Shown here: one piece after another, positions 29,864-40,081 of the stretch
Layout: each line of letters begins with the position of its first letter
Numbering within the stretch: the first letter of the stretch is position 1
Position numbers and translations under genes: made by a program
Assembly (NCBI GenBank): GCA_963721455.1
Contig: CAVRJG010000039.1
Location: 32,001-96,000 of the forward strand
Direction: 5' to 3'
Length of the DNA: 64,000 bases
Origin: an uncultured Methanosarcinaceae archaeon
Lineage (GTDB): Archaea > Halobacteriota > Methanosarcinia > Methanosarcinales > Methanosarcinaceae
The notes under the pieces: model-generated
Databases searched by the model: none
What the model was told of the DNA's origin: nothing
What the model saw: the letters and a program-made list of their open reading frames with translations, nothing else

Positions 29864-31371
29864 CGCTCGGAAGTGTACCCCCAAAATTTAAGGTCAGCAT
29901 TGACCGCAACGAGTGCATGGACTGCGGACGCTGTATTGAAAACTGTTCCTACGGCGTATTCCGGAAAGAAGGCGATAAAATCCTAATAGAATCCAGAAAA
30001 TGCACAGCCTGCCTCCGCTGTGTCGCCATGTGCCCAAGGGACGCAATCACACTTACTGAGAAACCTGTGGACTACCGTTCCCATCCCGTCTGGACCAGGG
30101 AAGTTAGGGAAGACATTATCAACCAGGCTCGCAGTGGAAAAATCATCCTCTCAGGAATGGGAAATGCCAGGGATTTGCCGATTATCTATGACCGCCTTCT
30201 CCTTGACGCCTGCCAGGTTACAAACCCGAGCATTGACCCCCTGAGAGAACCCATGGAACTCAGGACTTACCTAGGGAAAAAGCCATCCAAACTCAAATTC
30301 AGAAAGACCGAAAGTGGAGACGTAGAACTGGAAACAAAGTTGGCTCCCAACCTCAAGCTTGATACTCCCATTATGATAGGACACATGAGTTTCGGAGCCA
30401 TCAGCCTGAACTCCCAGCTCAGCATGGCAAAAGCCGCAGCTGAAAGAGGAACTTACATGGGGACCGGAGAAGGCGGACTGCACAAAGCGCTCTACCCCTA
30501 CCAGGATCACATGATAGTTCAGGTCGCTTCAGGCCGTTTCGGTGTGAACATCGACTATCTGGAAAGGGGTGCTGCAATTGAGATCAAGATAGGGCAGGGA
30601 GCAAAGCCGGGTATCGGAGGGCACCTTCCCGGAGAAAAAGTAAACGAGGAAGTATCCAGAACCCGTATGATTCCTCTCGGTAGCGATGCGATAAGCCCGG
30701 CTCCTCACCATGACATATATAGCATTGAAGATCTTGTCCAGCTTATCAGGAGCCTGAAAGAAGCAACCGAATGGAGAAAACCGGTATTTGTGAAGATTGC
30801 AGCCGTGCACAACGTTGCCCCCATTGCCGCAGGCATTGCCCGCTCCTCCGCAGATGCAGTGGTCATAGATGGGTTCCGTGGTGGAACCGGAGCAGCCCCG
30901 AAGGTCTTCCGGGATCATGTGGGAATCCCCATCGAAGCCGCAATCGCCAGCGTTGATCAGAAACTCAGGGACCAGGGTGTCAGGAACGAGATCTCCATCA
31001 TCGCAAGTGGTGGGATAAGGAGTAGCGCCGACCTTGCAAAGTCCATTGCACTGGGGGCGGATGCAGTCTACATAGGAACTGCAGCTCTAGTCTCTCTGGG
31101 CTGCAGGGTCTGCGGCAACTGTTACCGAAACCTTTGCCCCTGGGGCATTGCCACCCAGCGCCCTGACCTTGTGAATAGGCTTGACCCCGAACAGGGAGCA
31201 GTTCAGGTTTCAAACCTGATTAAGGGCTGGACTCTGGAACTTAGCGAGCTTATGGGTGCTGCAGGGATCAACAGTATAGAAAGCCTGCGCGGCAACAGGG
31301 ACCGCTTGCGTGGATATATGCTGGATGAAGGGATGCTTAAAATCCTGGACGTATTGCCAGCGGGGGCCTGA
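29860..31371 (+). CDS. gltB2: Glutamate synthase FMN-binding subunit with N-terminal 2x[4Fe-4S] domain (GltB domain 2)
   Basis: Two CxxCxxC motifs, MSFGAIS, GTGEGG, QVASGRFG, KIGQGAKPGIGGHLPG and CxxCxxC..CPWGIATQ. Confidence 0.93.
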   Translation: MTLGSVPPKFKVSIDRNECMDCGRCIENCSYGVFRKEGDKILIESRKCTACLRCVAMCPRDAITLTEKPVDYRSHPVWTREVREDIINQARSGKIILSGMGNARDLPIIYDRLLLDACQVTNPSIDPLREPMELRTYLGKKPSKLKFRKTESGDVELETKLAPNLKLDTPIMIGHMSFGAISLNSQLSMAKAAAERGTYMGTGEGGLHKALYPYQDHMIVQVASGRFGVNIDYLERGAAIEIKIGQGAKPGIGGHLPGEKVNEEVSRTRMIPLGSDAISPAPHHDIYSIEDLVQLIRSLKEATEWRKPVFVKIAAVHNVAPIAAGIARSSADAVVIDGFRGGTGAAPKVFRDHVGIPIEAAIASVDQKLRDQGVRNEISIIASGGIRSSADLAKSIALGADAVYIGTAALVSLGCRVCGNCYRNLCPWGIATQRPDLVNRLDPEQGAVQVSNLIKGWTLELSELMGAAGINSIESLRGNRDRLRGYMLDEGMLKILDVLPAGA

Positions 31372-32120
31372 TGGAGATGAAGACAGTACAAATTGATGCA
31401 AGAGGTATGCACTATACTCCCCTGAACCAGAAAATCAGGGCTGCGGTTGCGGACGGGGCAGAGGAAATCATACTCGACAACGTGCTCGGACAGCGCTTTA
31501 TAGGAGATGGGTTGAGAGGCAATGTCCGCATAATAATCAATGGGGTTCCCGGAGGAGATCTGGGGATGTTCATGAGCGGGCCAACCTGCATTATACATGG
31601 GAATGCCGAACACGCTCCTGGCAATACAATGGACAGCGGCATGCTTGTGATTCATGGAAGCGCAGGAGATGCAGTTGCCCACAGTATGCGGGGAGGAAAA
31701 GTCTTTGTAAAGAATAACATTGGCTACCGGGGTGGCATCCACATGAAACAGTATGAAGTGGAAGCCAGGCCAATACTTGTTGTGGGAGGCACAGCCCATT
31801 CCTTCCTTGGTGAGTATATGGCAGGTGGCCTTGTGCTTGTGCTGGGTATAGGCAAGGAAAAAGCCATGACAGACAGGGGCATAGGAAGTGGAATCCATGG
31901 TGGAGAAATCATCATCCGCGGAGAAGTGGATGACTATCTCCTTGGAGTCGGAGCCAAGAAATTCAAGTTTACTGAGAGCGACCTCGAACGCATAGCTCCG
32001 ATTATAAAGAGCTTCTGCGAGCAGTTCGGGTATGACCCTGCAGAATTTCTGGACACTAAATACACGAGGATTGGACCTGCAAGCAGCCGGCCTTTCGCAA
32101 GCAAGTACGTCTGGGAGTGA
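31371..32120 (+). CDS. gltB3: Glutamate synthase GXGXG subunit (GltB domain 3)
   Basis: Gly-rich beta-helix repeats, GEYMAGG. Confidence 0.9.
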   Translation: MEMKTVQIDARGMHYTPLNQKIRAAVADGAEEIILDNVLGQRFIGDGLRGNVRIIINGVPGGDLGMFMSGPTCIIHGNAEHAPGNTMDSGMLVIHGSAGDAVAHSMRGGKVFVKNNIGYRGGIHMKQYEVEARPILVVGGTAHSFLGEYMAGGLVLVLGIGKEKAMTDRGIGSGIHGGEIIIRGEVDDYLLGVGAKKFKFTESDLERIAPIIKSFCEQFGYDPAEFLDTKYTRIGPASSRPFASKYVWE

Positions 32121-32126
32121 TCAGAC

Positions 32127-33161
32127 ATGGCAGAACAGAAACCAATAAGTAAGAATTACCTTGACCTCAAATCAAAAGTCTGGGACGAAGGCCTTTGCTC
32201 AGGCTGCGGGGCCTGCATTGCAGTCTGCCCTGCTGATGCCCTGTACTTTGAAACGGGCGGCGATTCCACATACCCGAAGAGCAATAGCTACTGTAAAGAC
32301 GCTGTTGACGGCGTTCCCTGCGGAGCCTGTTACGAGGTTTGCCCGAGACTCGACGAACAGCCCTCAAGCCTGCTCGGAGATTACCTGGAAATCACTGCCG
32401 GAAAAGCCGAGTTTGATATCCCGAGAAAACAGAGTGGAGGAGCAGTCACGGCAATTCTTGCAAATGCTCTGGATACCGGCCTTGTGGATGCTGTTGTTAC
32501 GGTTACGGAAGATCCCTGGACCCTCAAGCCGCACTCCATGGTAATAACCAGAAGTGAGGCCCTTGTCGCCCATGCCGGAAGCCGTTACAACTGGTGGGTC
32601 CCTCTTGTATCTTCCCTCAAGGAAGCGGTTGTAAACAAGAAGTACAGGAACATTGCAGTTGTCGGAGTCCCCTGTGTAGTCCAGGCAGTCCGCAAGATGC
32701 TTGAGACCGACCACCAGCTTGTCCGCCCGTACAAAAACGCAATCCGCTTCGTCTTCGGGCTCTTCTGTACCGAAAGCTTCGACTACGAGAAACTTATCGC
32801 AGGCAAACTGAAAAGCGAGTACGCACTTGAACCAATGAAAGTTTGCCGCATTGATGTTAAGGGTAAACTCGAAATCACCCTCAATGATGGGGTTCAGTAC
32901 GTAATTCCCCTTGCCGAACTCGAAGACACCGTCCGCCCAGGCTGCGGCGTCTGCACTGACTTTACCGCCCTGAAGGCTGACATCTCAGCCGGCTCTGTCG
33001 GAAGCCCGGATGGCTACACCACTCTTGTCGTCCGTACTCTAGTAGGACAGCACCTCCTTGACAGTGCAGTTGCTAACAAGAAATTGAGCGTTGGCGGGGA
33101 AGTCAACCTTGGGATCATCGAAAAGCTTGCAAAGAAAAAGCTTGCAAGAAAACCAGAATAA
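32127..33161 (+). CDS. Coenzyme F420 hydrogenase/dehydrogenase beta-subunit family protein (FrhB-like)
   Basis: CSGCGACIAVCP, QSGGAVT, VVGVPC, GLFCTESF and GCGVCTDFTA..ADISAGSVGSP.GYT motifs. Confidence 0.9.
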   Translation: MAEQKPISKNYLDLKSKVWDEGLCSGCGACIAVCPADALYFETGGDSTYPKSNSYCKDAVDGVPCGACYEVCPRLDEQPSSLLGDYLEITAGKAEFDIPRKQSGGAVTAILANALDTGLVDAVVTVTEDPWTLKPHSMVITRSEALVAHAGSRYNWWVPLVSSLKEAVVNKKYRNIAVVGVPCVVQAVRKMLETDHQLVRPYKNAIRFVFGLFCTESFDYEKLIAGKLKSEYALEPMKVCRIDVKGKLEITLNDGVQYVIPLAELEDTVRPGCGVCTDFTALKADISAGSVGSPDGYTTLVVRTLVGQHLLDSAVANKKLSVGGEVNLGIIEKLAKKKLARKPE

Positions 33162-33182
33162 ACGTAAATTTAAAGGAGTTTT

Positions 33183-33210
33183 AGATGGAGCCGCAGACTC
33201 CATCTTTTTT
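33183..33210 (+). terminator. Hairpin plus T-tract after the glutamate synthase operon
   Basis: AGATGGAG-N7-CTCCATCT followed by TTTTT. Confidence 0.55.
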
Positions 33211-33241
33211 ACTTTCTTATTTTATAGTTTTGATTTCCAAA

Positions 33242-34435
33242 TCAAAATACAGGAATCAAGCCCGGATTATCCCCCGTAATACACTCTCCGCCGTCAGCAG
33301 TTACTATGAAGGTATTTTCGATTCCCACCATTCCGATGTTTTCAATTCCCTTTTTGGGTTCAAGGGCAAATACCATTCCTTCCTGTAGGGGTTCATCAAA
33401 TCCTTCTGCAATTACAGGCAGTTCATCGATTAACAAGCCAACCCCATGACCGAGGAATTTCACTTTACGGTTACCGAAACCCATGAAGTTTTGCAGGAAT
33501 TCCGAATCAAGCTTACTCATTATGATGTTATAGATTTCTGAGGGAATGGCGCCGGGTTTTAACATTGATGCAGTTTCATTCTGGATATCTACGCATTTAT
33601 TATGGATATCTATGGCAAACTTGGGAAGGGAAGAACCAAACATATATGTTGTTGTTTTATCCGTATTGTAACCTTCAACTCCGCACCCGACGTCGACGAA
33701 TACCAGATCGCCTTTCCTCAGTTTCCTGTCACGGCTTCCAATCAGGGGAACTGCAGGGCTCATCCCATAATTTCCGCCAGGCCCGTTGAAGTAAGATGGA
33801 TAAATGGAGCTCTCACCAAAACAGACATTTCCCAGGAACATCTCCGTATCAAACATGCCAAAACGACATAATCCGTCGTGCCCTTCCTTGACCATAACTG
33901 AAAATAACTCGGTTGCCAGGTCTGTTTCACTCATCCCTTCCCGCAGCATATCCGGAACAAGGTCTTCCAGCACATGCTGATGAATCCTGCCAGCTTCTCT
34001 TGTCAGTGACAGCTCATATTCGCTTTTTACGGCTCTAACTGCAGAAATTTGAGTATCAACAGATTTAACGTTCTTAAAAGGGAAGTATTTTTGAAACCTC
34101 TGATATAAAGCCAGTGGGACAACTTCAGTTTCCAGATATACCGTATCCGGAAGCCCGCTTATACCTCTTGCAGCATCACGGAAACTGTTCATAGGTTCTA
34201 TATTGGAAAATAAGGATTCGTCCAGAGCCCTTTCATAGCTGCGGCGTACCCGGAATATTGCGTCTCCGTGCTTAGGGATAATTAACATTCCATCCTGCAT
34301 AGTGCCAGTAAAATAATAAAGGTTTATTTTGCTGAAGATGACCGCTATCTCCCATTCGGGACTTGAGCTATCCATCCGTTTTCTAAAACATCCCATGCGG
34401 TTTTTCAGTTCAGTTAAAGGTACTTTCTTAGTCAT
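33242..34435 (-). CDS. Xaa-Pro peptidase family (M24)
   Basis: RAVKS.YE, DVG..GYNTD.T, GHGVGL..DE.P, EPK and GIENT metal ligands; start taken at MTKK. Confidence 0.88.
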   Translation of the reverse strand: MTKKVPLTELKNRMGCFRKRMDSSSPEWEIAVIFSKINLYYFTGTMQDGMLIIPKHGDAIFRVRRSYERALDESLFSNIEPMNSFRDAARGISGLPDTVYLETEVVPLALYQRFQKYFPFKNVKSVDTQISAVRAVKSEYELSLTREAGRIHQHVLEDLVPDMLREGMSETDLATELFSVMVKEGHDGLCRFGMFDTEMFLGNVCFGESSIYPSYFNGPGGNYGMSPAVPLIGSRDRKLRKGDLVFVDVGCGVEGYNTDKTTTYMFGSSLPKFAIDIHNKCVDIQNETASMLKPGAIPSEIYNIIMSKLDSEFLQNFMGFGNRKVKFLGHGVGLLIDELPVIAEGFDEPLQEGMVFALEPKKGIENIGMVGIENTFIVTADGGECITGDNPGLIPVF

Positions 34436-34498
34436 GACGGATCCCTTTACTAATTTATCTGCTATCAATTATAGAAGTGTAACTCACAGTAGTGAATA

Positions 34499-34569
34499 TA
34501 GTAAGAACTTATTAGTAAGAACTTATGAGCAGATGTACATAATAGATGTACATAATAGATGTACATAAT
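34499..34569. repeat. Two adjacent short tandem repeats: TAGTAAGAACTTAT x2 and AGATGTACATAAT x3
   Basis: Exact copies read directly from the sequence. Confidence 0.9.
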
Positions 34570-34730
34570 AACTGTTATTTTTCACAACGATCTCGTAAAA
34601 AGATAAAAAATAACTGTCGGCGTAGTGTACACCTCAGTTCTTTTTCCAAAACGGAAAGAATAATTAGAAAGGAGACAAATTAAAGGAAAACAAAAAGTAA
34701 AACAAGAAGGGCTTTTTGAAAGGGGTTATC

Positions 34731-35270
34731 ATGCTTGGGAAATTCGAGGATCTTGTTGAAAAGGCTTCAGAGATGGGGCTTAAGACTTATTTTATGAGCG
34801 CAGAAGACATTCCGGTTGAAAACCGGATTGCTCTGAAATGCGCTTACGGCTGCAGGAGCTACGGAAAAAGGTTGAGCTGTCCGCCTCATATCATGTCAGT
34901 TGAGGAGTTTAGAAAAGTTATAGGGGAATACAGCAGTGCGCTTCTCCTTGTAGATGAACGCGATACTTCAAGAGTACCGGATGTCCTTGAAGCCTGGGCA
35001 GAAATCAGGAAGGACTCTTTCCATAAAATGTACGAGCTTGAGCAGGAAGCTTTCAGGGAAGGCTTTACTTTTGCACATCTCCTGAGGCCCGGTTCCTGCA
35101 ACGAATGCGAGATATGTAACCTTGAAAAGTGCGTAAAGCCGGAAATGAGGCGTTTTGCACCTGAAGCTGTGGGAATAAACCTCGAAAAGGCAATGGAAGA
35201 TGCAGGGCTTGTGCTTGAATTCTGCAAGCCGGAGAAAACCGTATGTGTCGGCATTTTGTTGCTGGAGTGA
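34731..35270 (+). CDS. DUF2284 family Cys-rich metal-binding protein
   Basis: KCAYGC..YG...CPP, GSCNECEIC..C and APEAVGI motifs. Confidence 0.8.
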   Translation: MLGKFEDLVEKASEMGLKTYFMSAEDIPVENRIALKCAYGCRSYGKRLSCPPHIMSVEEFRKVIGEYSSALLLVDERDTSRVPDVLEAWAEIRKDSFHKMYELEQEAFREGFTFAHLLRPGSCNECEICNLEKCVKPEMRRFAPEAVGINLEKAMEDAGLVLEFCKPEKTVCVGILLLE

Positions 35271-35504
35271 AGGTTTGGGTAAAAACTTTATAAGCGATTA
35301 TTTAACGTATTCCAGAGAGTTGAGAGAAAATAAGGAAGAAGAACGGGATTAATTAAAAAGTTTGGCTTTCTGATTCAGGAGATCTGTAAAAAGTAATTAT
35401 AAAAATATTAGTTACTATACGCAATATTATAATTTAATTCGTGAAGACAGAAGTTATATTAACTCCCCGATATATGTTATGGAAGACATAGCAAACTGGA
35501 GGTT

Positions 35505-36221
35505 TTGTTCAAATTGAATTCTGAAAAGTTAAAAATAGCTGTCCTGGGAGGAACCGGCAATATAGGGAAGGGCATGGTGCTCAGGCTAGCCCTTCAAAAT
35601 CTTATGACTGAAGGGGTAAAAAATGAGATAATTATAGGTTCCAGGTCCAGGGAAACTGCAGATGAAGCCGCAAAACAAGCCTTATCAGAGCTTGAGAATT
35701 GCGGGTTCGATACTTCCGAAATAACCATTACAGGAAGCACTAACCTTGAAGCTGCACAGGCAGCCGAAATGATAATCCTTACAATTCGCTTTGACTATGT
35801 TTTGCCTCTGCTGGATGAAATCCATGAAGCTCTTGAAAACAAGATTCTTATCACCCCTGTGGTTCCTATGGTAAAGGAAGGGAACCTCTTTATATACAAA
35901 CCTCCGGAAGAAGGCTCAGCCGCACTTGCAATTCAGAAAAGAGTTCCAGTTTCTACAAAAGTTGTTGCAGCCTTCCACAATATCCCGGCAGGGAAATTGA
36001 AGGATGTTGTCGAGTGCAAGGCTGTACACCATGCACTGGTATGCAGCGATGATGCGGAAGCAAAGAAAATGGTCATGGAACTTACACAACATATGGGATG
36101 CCTGAAACCTCTGGATGGAGGCCCTCTTAATCAGGCAGGCACTATAGAGTCTCTTACACCACTGCTGGTCACTCTGGCAAAACTAAACGGACTTAAAGAT
36201 CTCGGAATGAACTTTTCCTGA
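35505..36221 (+). CDS. npdG: NADPH-dependent F420 reductase (F420H2:NADP+ oxidoreductase)
   Basis: GGTGNIGKG, IIGSR, GSAA, VAAFHNIPA and DGGPL...IESLTPLL motifs. Confidence 0.9.
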   Translation: MFKLNSEKLKIAVLGGTGNIGKGMVLRLALQNLMTEGVKNEIIIGSRSRETADEAAKQALSELENCGFDTSEITITGSTNLEAAQAAEMIILTIRFDYVLPLLDEIHEALENKILITPVVPMVKEGNLFIYKPPEEGSAALAIQKRVPVSTKVVAAFHNIPAGKLKDVVECKAVHHALVCSDDAEAKKMVMELTQHMGCLKPLDGGPLNQAGTIESLTPLLVTLAKLNGLKDLGMNFS

Positions 36222-36460
36222 AAAAACTGGTTAAGAAAATAATTGAAAAGCATACGGGAAAAAGATCGACCAGGAAAAGGATCTGATCTGAATCTGGGAA
36301 AATTGATGTCTTTTTGGAAAACTTATTTTTATATAATAGTAGGTATAATATATCTAAAGGCACAGATCTTATAAGATGTCAGAAGCAAGAGCCCCCGCCT
36401 GAGTGTATAAAACAAATCCGATAAAAGTAAATCAGTAATAACAAATCCGTAATAATCCAT

Positions 36461-36550
36461 AACAATACTCTTAACAATCATACTCTTAACAATCATACTC
36501 TTAATAATCATACTCTTAATAATCATACTCTTAATAATCATACTCTTAAT
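36461..36550. repeat. 15-bp tandem repeat x6 (AATCATACTCTTAAT consensus) upstream of hdrC
   Basis: Four exact and two variant copies; degenerate related units just upstream. Confidence 0.93.
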
Positions 36551-36616
36551 TATTTCAGCTGACCTTTGCTTTTCTAAAACGGAAGAATAGATATTAAAAT
36601 CCGACAGTGAACCTGT

Positions 36617-37102
36617 ATGAGTGAAGAACTGCTAAAAGTGTTAAAGGCTGCAGGGCTTGATGTACTTTCCTGCATGCAATGTGGGACATGCACAGGAAGC
36701 TGTCCTTCGGGACGGCATACCGCGCTTAATACCCGAAGAATTTTGCGGGATGCACGCAAGAATAGGGCAACAGTCCTCTCAGATAAAGCCCTCTGGCTCT
36801 GCACTACCTGCTATACCTGCCAGGAGCGCTGCCCACGCGGGATACCAATTACGGATGCTCTCCTTGAGCTCAGGAGACTTGCGGTTAAAGAAGGTTTCAT
36901 GCTTCCTGAACACAGGCTGATATCGGAAATGGTGCTGGAGTGCGGACACGCCGTCCCTCTGGATGAAGAAACGAAGAGAAAGAGGGAAGAACTCGGACTT
37001 GACCCCATACCTGAGACTGTACAGAAGTATCCTGAAGCCCTTCAAGAACTGAAGAATCTTCTTAAAGCATGCAAATTTGACGAACTGGTGGCTGAAAGAT
37101 AA
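36617..37102 (+). CDS. hdrC: CoB-CoM heterodisulfide reductase subunit C
   Basis: CMQCGTCTGSCP and WLCTTCYTCQERCPR; directly upstream of hdrB. Confidence 0.93.
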   Translation: MSEELLKVLKAAGLDVLSCMQCGTCTGSCPSGRHTALNTRRILRDARKNRATVLSDKALWLCTTCYTCQERCPRGIPITDALLELRRLAVKEGFMLPEHRLISEMVLECGHAVPLDEETKRKREELGLDPIPETVQKYPEALQELKNLLKACKFDELVAER

Positions 37103-37114
37103 GGAGGCAGAGAT

Positions 37115-38017
37115 ATGACAAAACTATCATTATTTCTTGGCTGTATCGTACCCAACCGCTACCCGGGAATTGAGAAAGCAACCAAACTCTGCCTGCAGAA
37201 GCTTGAGATAGATGCATCCGACCTGCCAGGAGCTTCCTGCTGCCCTGCTCCCGGTGTGTTCAAGTCCTTTGATAAAGCAACCTGGCTTGCCCTTGCCAGC
37301 CGGAATATAGTTCTTTCGGAAAGGATGGAAAGGGATATCCTGACAGTCTGTAACGGCTGTTACGGCTCGCTGGCAGATGCTAATTTAGAGCTGAAAAAAG
37401 ACTCTGAGATGAGGGCGTGCACAAACAGCTGCCTTAAAGAAATCGGCATGGAATTTAAAGGAACTGCAGAAGTAAGGCACATAATCGAATTTCTCCATAA
37501 GGAGTTTGGGCCTGAAAAACTTAAGAATTATGTCACAACTCCCCTTGACCTCAAAGTGGCGCTGCACTATGGATGCCACCTTATCAAGCCTTCAAAAGAC
37601 CGGAAACTTGGAGAAACGGAAGCTCCGACCTTTTTTGACGAACTTGTTGAAGCCACAGGCGCAAAAAGTGTGGATTATACAGACAAAATGATGTGCTGCG
37701 GAGCAGGGGGTGGGGTCCGTTCAGGGCACGTTGCCGAATCTCTGGAAATGCTTGAACACAAACTCGCCTGCATTCGGCGAGCAGGAGTAGACTGTATTGT
37801 CAATGCATGTCCTTTCTGCCACCTTCAGTTTGACAGAGGACAGCTTGCAGTCAATGAGAAATTCGGAACGGATTATTCGATCCCTGTCCTTCATTATTCC
37901 CAGCTCCTTGGCCTTGCTCTTGGCTTTTCCCCGTACGAACTGGGAATAGAACAGAATGCAGTCCAGAACATTGAATTTCTTGCAAAAATCTATGAAATCA
38001 GTGCAGGTTTAAGGTAA
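37115..38017 (+). CDS. hdrB: CoB-CoM heterodisulfide reductase subunit B
   Basis: Two CCG domains: GC..CCP..CNGC and HYGCH..CCGAGGG..CPFCHLQFD. Confidence 0.93.
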   Translation: MTKLSLFLGCIVPNRYPGIEKATKLCLQKLEIDASDLPGASCCPAPGVFKSFDKATWLALASRNIVLSERMERDILTVCNGCYGSLADANLELKKDSEMRACTNSCLKEIGMEFKGTAEVRHIIEFLHKEFGPEKLKNYVTTPLDLKVALHYGCHLIKPSKDRKLGETEAPTFFDELVEATGAKSVDYTDKMMCCGAGGGVRSGHVAESLEMLEHKLACIRRAGVDCIVNACPFCHLQFDRGQLAVNEKFGTDYSIPVLHYSQLLGLALGFSPYELGIEQNAVQNIEFLAKIYEISAGLR

Positions 38018-38102
38018 AAAGTCAAAGAGTAAAAGGCTGAAGAGCAAAAAATAGGTAATAAAGATACTTTTCATTTTTTCCTTAAACCCGAAATTACAGA
38101 TT

Positions 38103-38552
38103 TTATCTTTCAGTTTGCATGTACCAGAGACACTTCTGTCTCCACTTGCATGTTCCACAGATATCTTCGATATCGGATGCAGTATTCAGTTTTGAATTTA
38201 TTAACCTGAAAGCTTTGTCTGCCTCTATTAAAGTCCCTTCTTCTATCTTTAATTTCTCCATGACAACAAGATCCATATTCCTGATCCTGCGAGAGAGGAC
38301 AGATTTCTGAATAGTGCATTCCCTTTTGCTGGGGCAGGAAATACAGATCACATCACATTCCGATACAAGTTCCAGAGGCCTTGAAGGAAAAGCCTTAATA
38401 TCCGAAATTACGGCCCGCATATTGGCTACAAAACCCAGGCTGTATCCATAGCCCTGAAAACCCTGGATACAACAAAGATGATGAGCTCTGATCTTCAGGC
38501 ATTCAGATCCGGTTTTAGAATCAGATCCAGATGTGTTAGATTTTTCGAGCAT
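38103..38552 (-). CDS. DUF1284 family putative Fe-S protein
   Basis: IRAHHLCC.QGF.G.GYS..FV.NM, DVIC..CP and ICGTC.W...C motifs. Confidence 0.82.
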   Translation of the reverse strand: MLEKSNTSGSDSKTGSECLKIRAHHLCCIQGFQGYGYSLGFVANMRAVISDIKAFPSRPLELVSECDVICISCPSKRECTIQKSVLSRRIRNMDLVVMEKLKIEEGTLIEADKAFRLINSKLNTASDIEDICGTCKWRQKCLWYMQTER

Positions 38553-38604
38553 GTATTTCTCCGGGACTTGAATTCACAAACTCAAAGGATTAATTCTATA
38601 AAAT

Positions 38605-39138
38605 TCATTCTATAATATCGATTTCAGAATTATCTAGGTGGGGTAATTCCTGAACGGGCAGTGTTATCGAAGGAGCTTCAGAGTATTCTGCAAAGAGAAT
38701 GTCATAGCCTGTTTTAAGTCCCAGCATGATATTCAGACTGGTAAGGTCGTTATTCAAGAGCAGCGCCTGACCTATAGGGTTGCAGGCTGCTTCAAACTCA
38801 AGGGCATCAGATTTTTTGATTCCGAGGCTGGCTTTTTCGAAGCTACAGACCTTACAACAAACAGAAAATACCTCAAAATATCTTGAGAGAATATCATAGA
38901 CCAGCCTGGCTTCTCTTTCATACTCAATACAGAAAGCAATTCCTATTTTCCTGTACCCCAGCCTTTTTGCGTAAATCGTAATTTCTTCTAGTTTTGTCCG
39001 TTTTACATAATCGGATTCAAGCCAGGCGGAAATCTGAACTGATTTCAGATCATTGCCGCTATATTCAAGCCCAGATTTAATAACAGAACAATTTTTGCCT
39101 TTCAGGCATTCTTTATTTCTGCACAACGCACACTGCAC
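38605..39138 (-). CDS. DUF1847 family metal-binding protein
   Basis: CALC...C...C, T.LEE, KIGIAFC, VCCKV and CNPIGQA..LN motifs. Confidence 0.82.
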   Translation of the reverse strand: MQCALCRNKECLKGKNCSVIKSGLEYSGNDLKSVQISAWLESDYVKRTKLEEITIYAKRLGYRKIGIAFCIEYEREARLVYDILSRYFEVFSVCCKVCSFEKASLGIKKSDALEFEAACNPIGQALLLNNDLTSLNIMLGLKTGYDILFAEYSEAPSITLPVQELPHLDNSEIDIIE

Positions 39139-39322
39139 ATTTTTTCTCCCGGGTTTTTAACAAGAATCGGTGAGTATAATCATAAAGAAGCTGTGAAGGT
39201 ATAAATATTTCTATAGGACCCATAGGAGATTCCGGGCCAGCAAGTAAAAGAAAAATTTAAAAGAATTCAGTGAAAAAGAGAAAAAAGCCAGCAAAACTGA
39301 ATAAAAGCATAAATCAAAAAGA

Positions 39323-39797
39323 TTATTTCGGTCTTTCTTTCGGCAACTGGCCGTCTTAGAATTTTTCAAGGATATTGACAGTTTCTTCGAGTTTGTTGAA
39401 AGGAATTCCGATGAGCATTTCGTCATTCTCAATATCAGTAGCTCCCCTGCACCCAAAGCAGCCTAAAGAAACGTTTATTTCTCCGGTAAGAACCGACAGA
39501 ATTGCAGTGTAGGCACACGTTGCCCGAAAAGCTGCACTGTTAAAGTGTACCCTTCCGCTTTTTACATTAAGTGATTACCGGAATGATCCAGTAAACGGTT
39601 TCAGGCCTGCCCACAAGAATTTCCACGTCAGGGTCAACCTTTGCGTCCTTTAAAGGCCCTCCAATTGTTGTAATGCGGTTTTCAGGCTCAAAAGCAGGGC
39701 GTTTTGAAAACCATTTCTGCTGCAGCTCCCGCATTGTCAAAAATTCAGAGGTTTTAATGGAATTCTCCTGAAGCCACCTTTCCAGGAGTGGAAATAT
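39323..39797 (-). pseudogene. DUF169 family pseudogene, 5'-truncated
   Basis: Reverse-strand translation KVASGEFH*NL*..PLKDAKVDPDV..GRV....F.ATCA..GEINVSLGCFGCRGATDIENDEMLIGIP with stops and frameshifts. Confidence 0.78.
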
Positions 39798-40081
39798 CTA
39801 GAATCTAACTTCCGAAACTATTTAATCCAAACAGAAGAACTCGCTGGTAGATGGAAAAAACAGATTCTAGTAACTGTCGCCGTAGTAAATTCCTTATAGG
39901 AAATTTGTCTTTCATAAAAAGCGGTAGATTACTTTACTAGAAGACGCTGGCAGGAATTTACGGAGCCGCAAGAACTTTACTAAAATAGACCAATTCACTC
40001 GCCTGTACATAAATGTGTATAGCTTTCGATTTAAAAATAGAAATTGTTATATATATATCATACACTGTGAATAAGAAACCT

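Noticed and set aside
36329-36541. ORF MIIKSMIIKS... (70 aa)
   Set aside because: It is the reverse translation of the 15-bp tandem repeat; no sign of a real protein
36461-36550. Possible CRISPR array
   Set aside because: Units are contiguous with no spacers, too short, and there are no cas genes in the window
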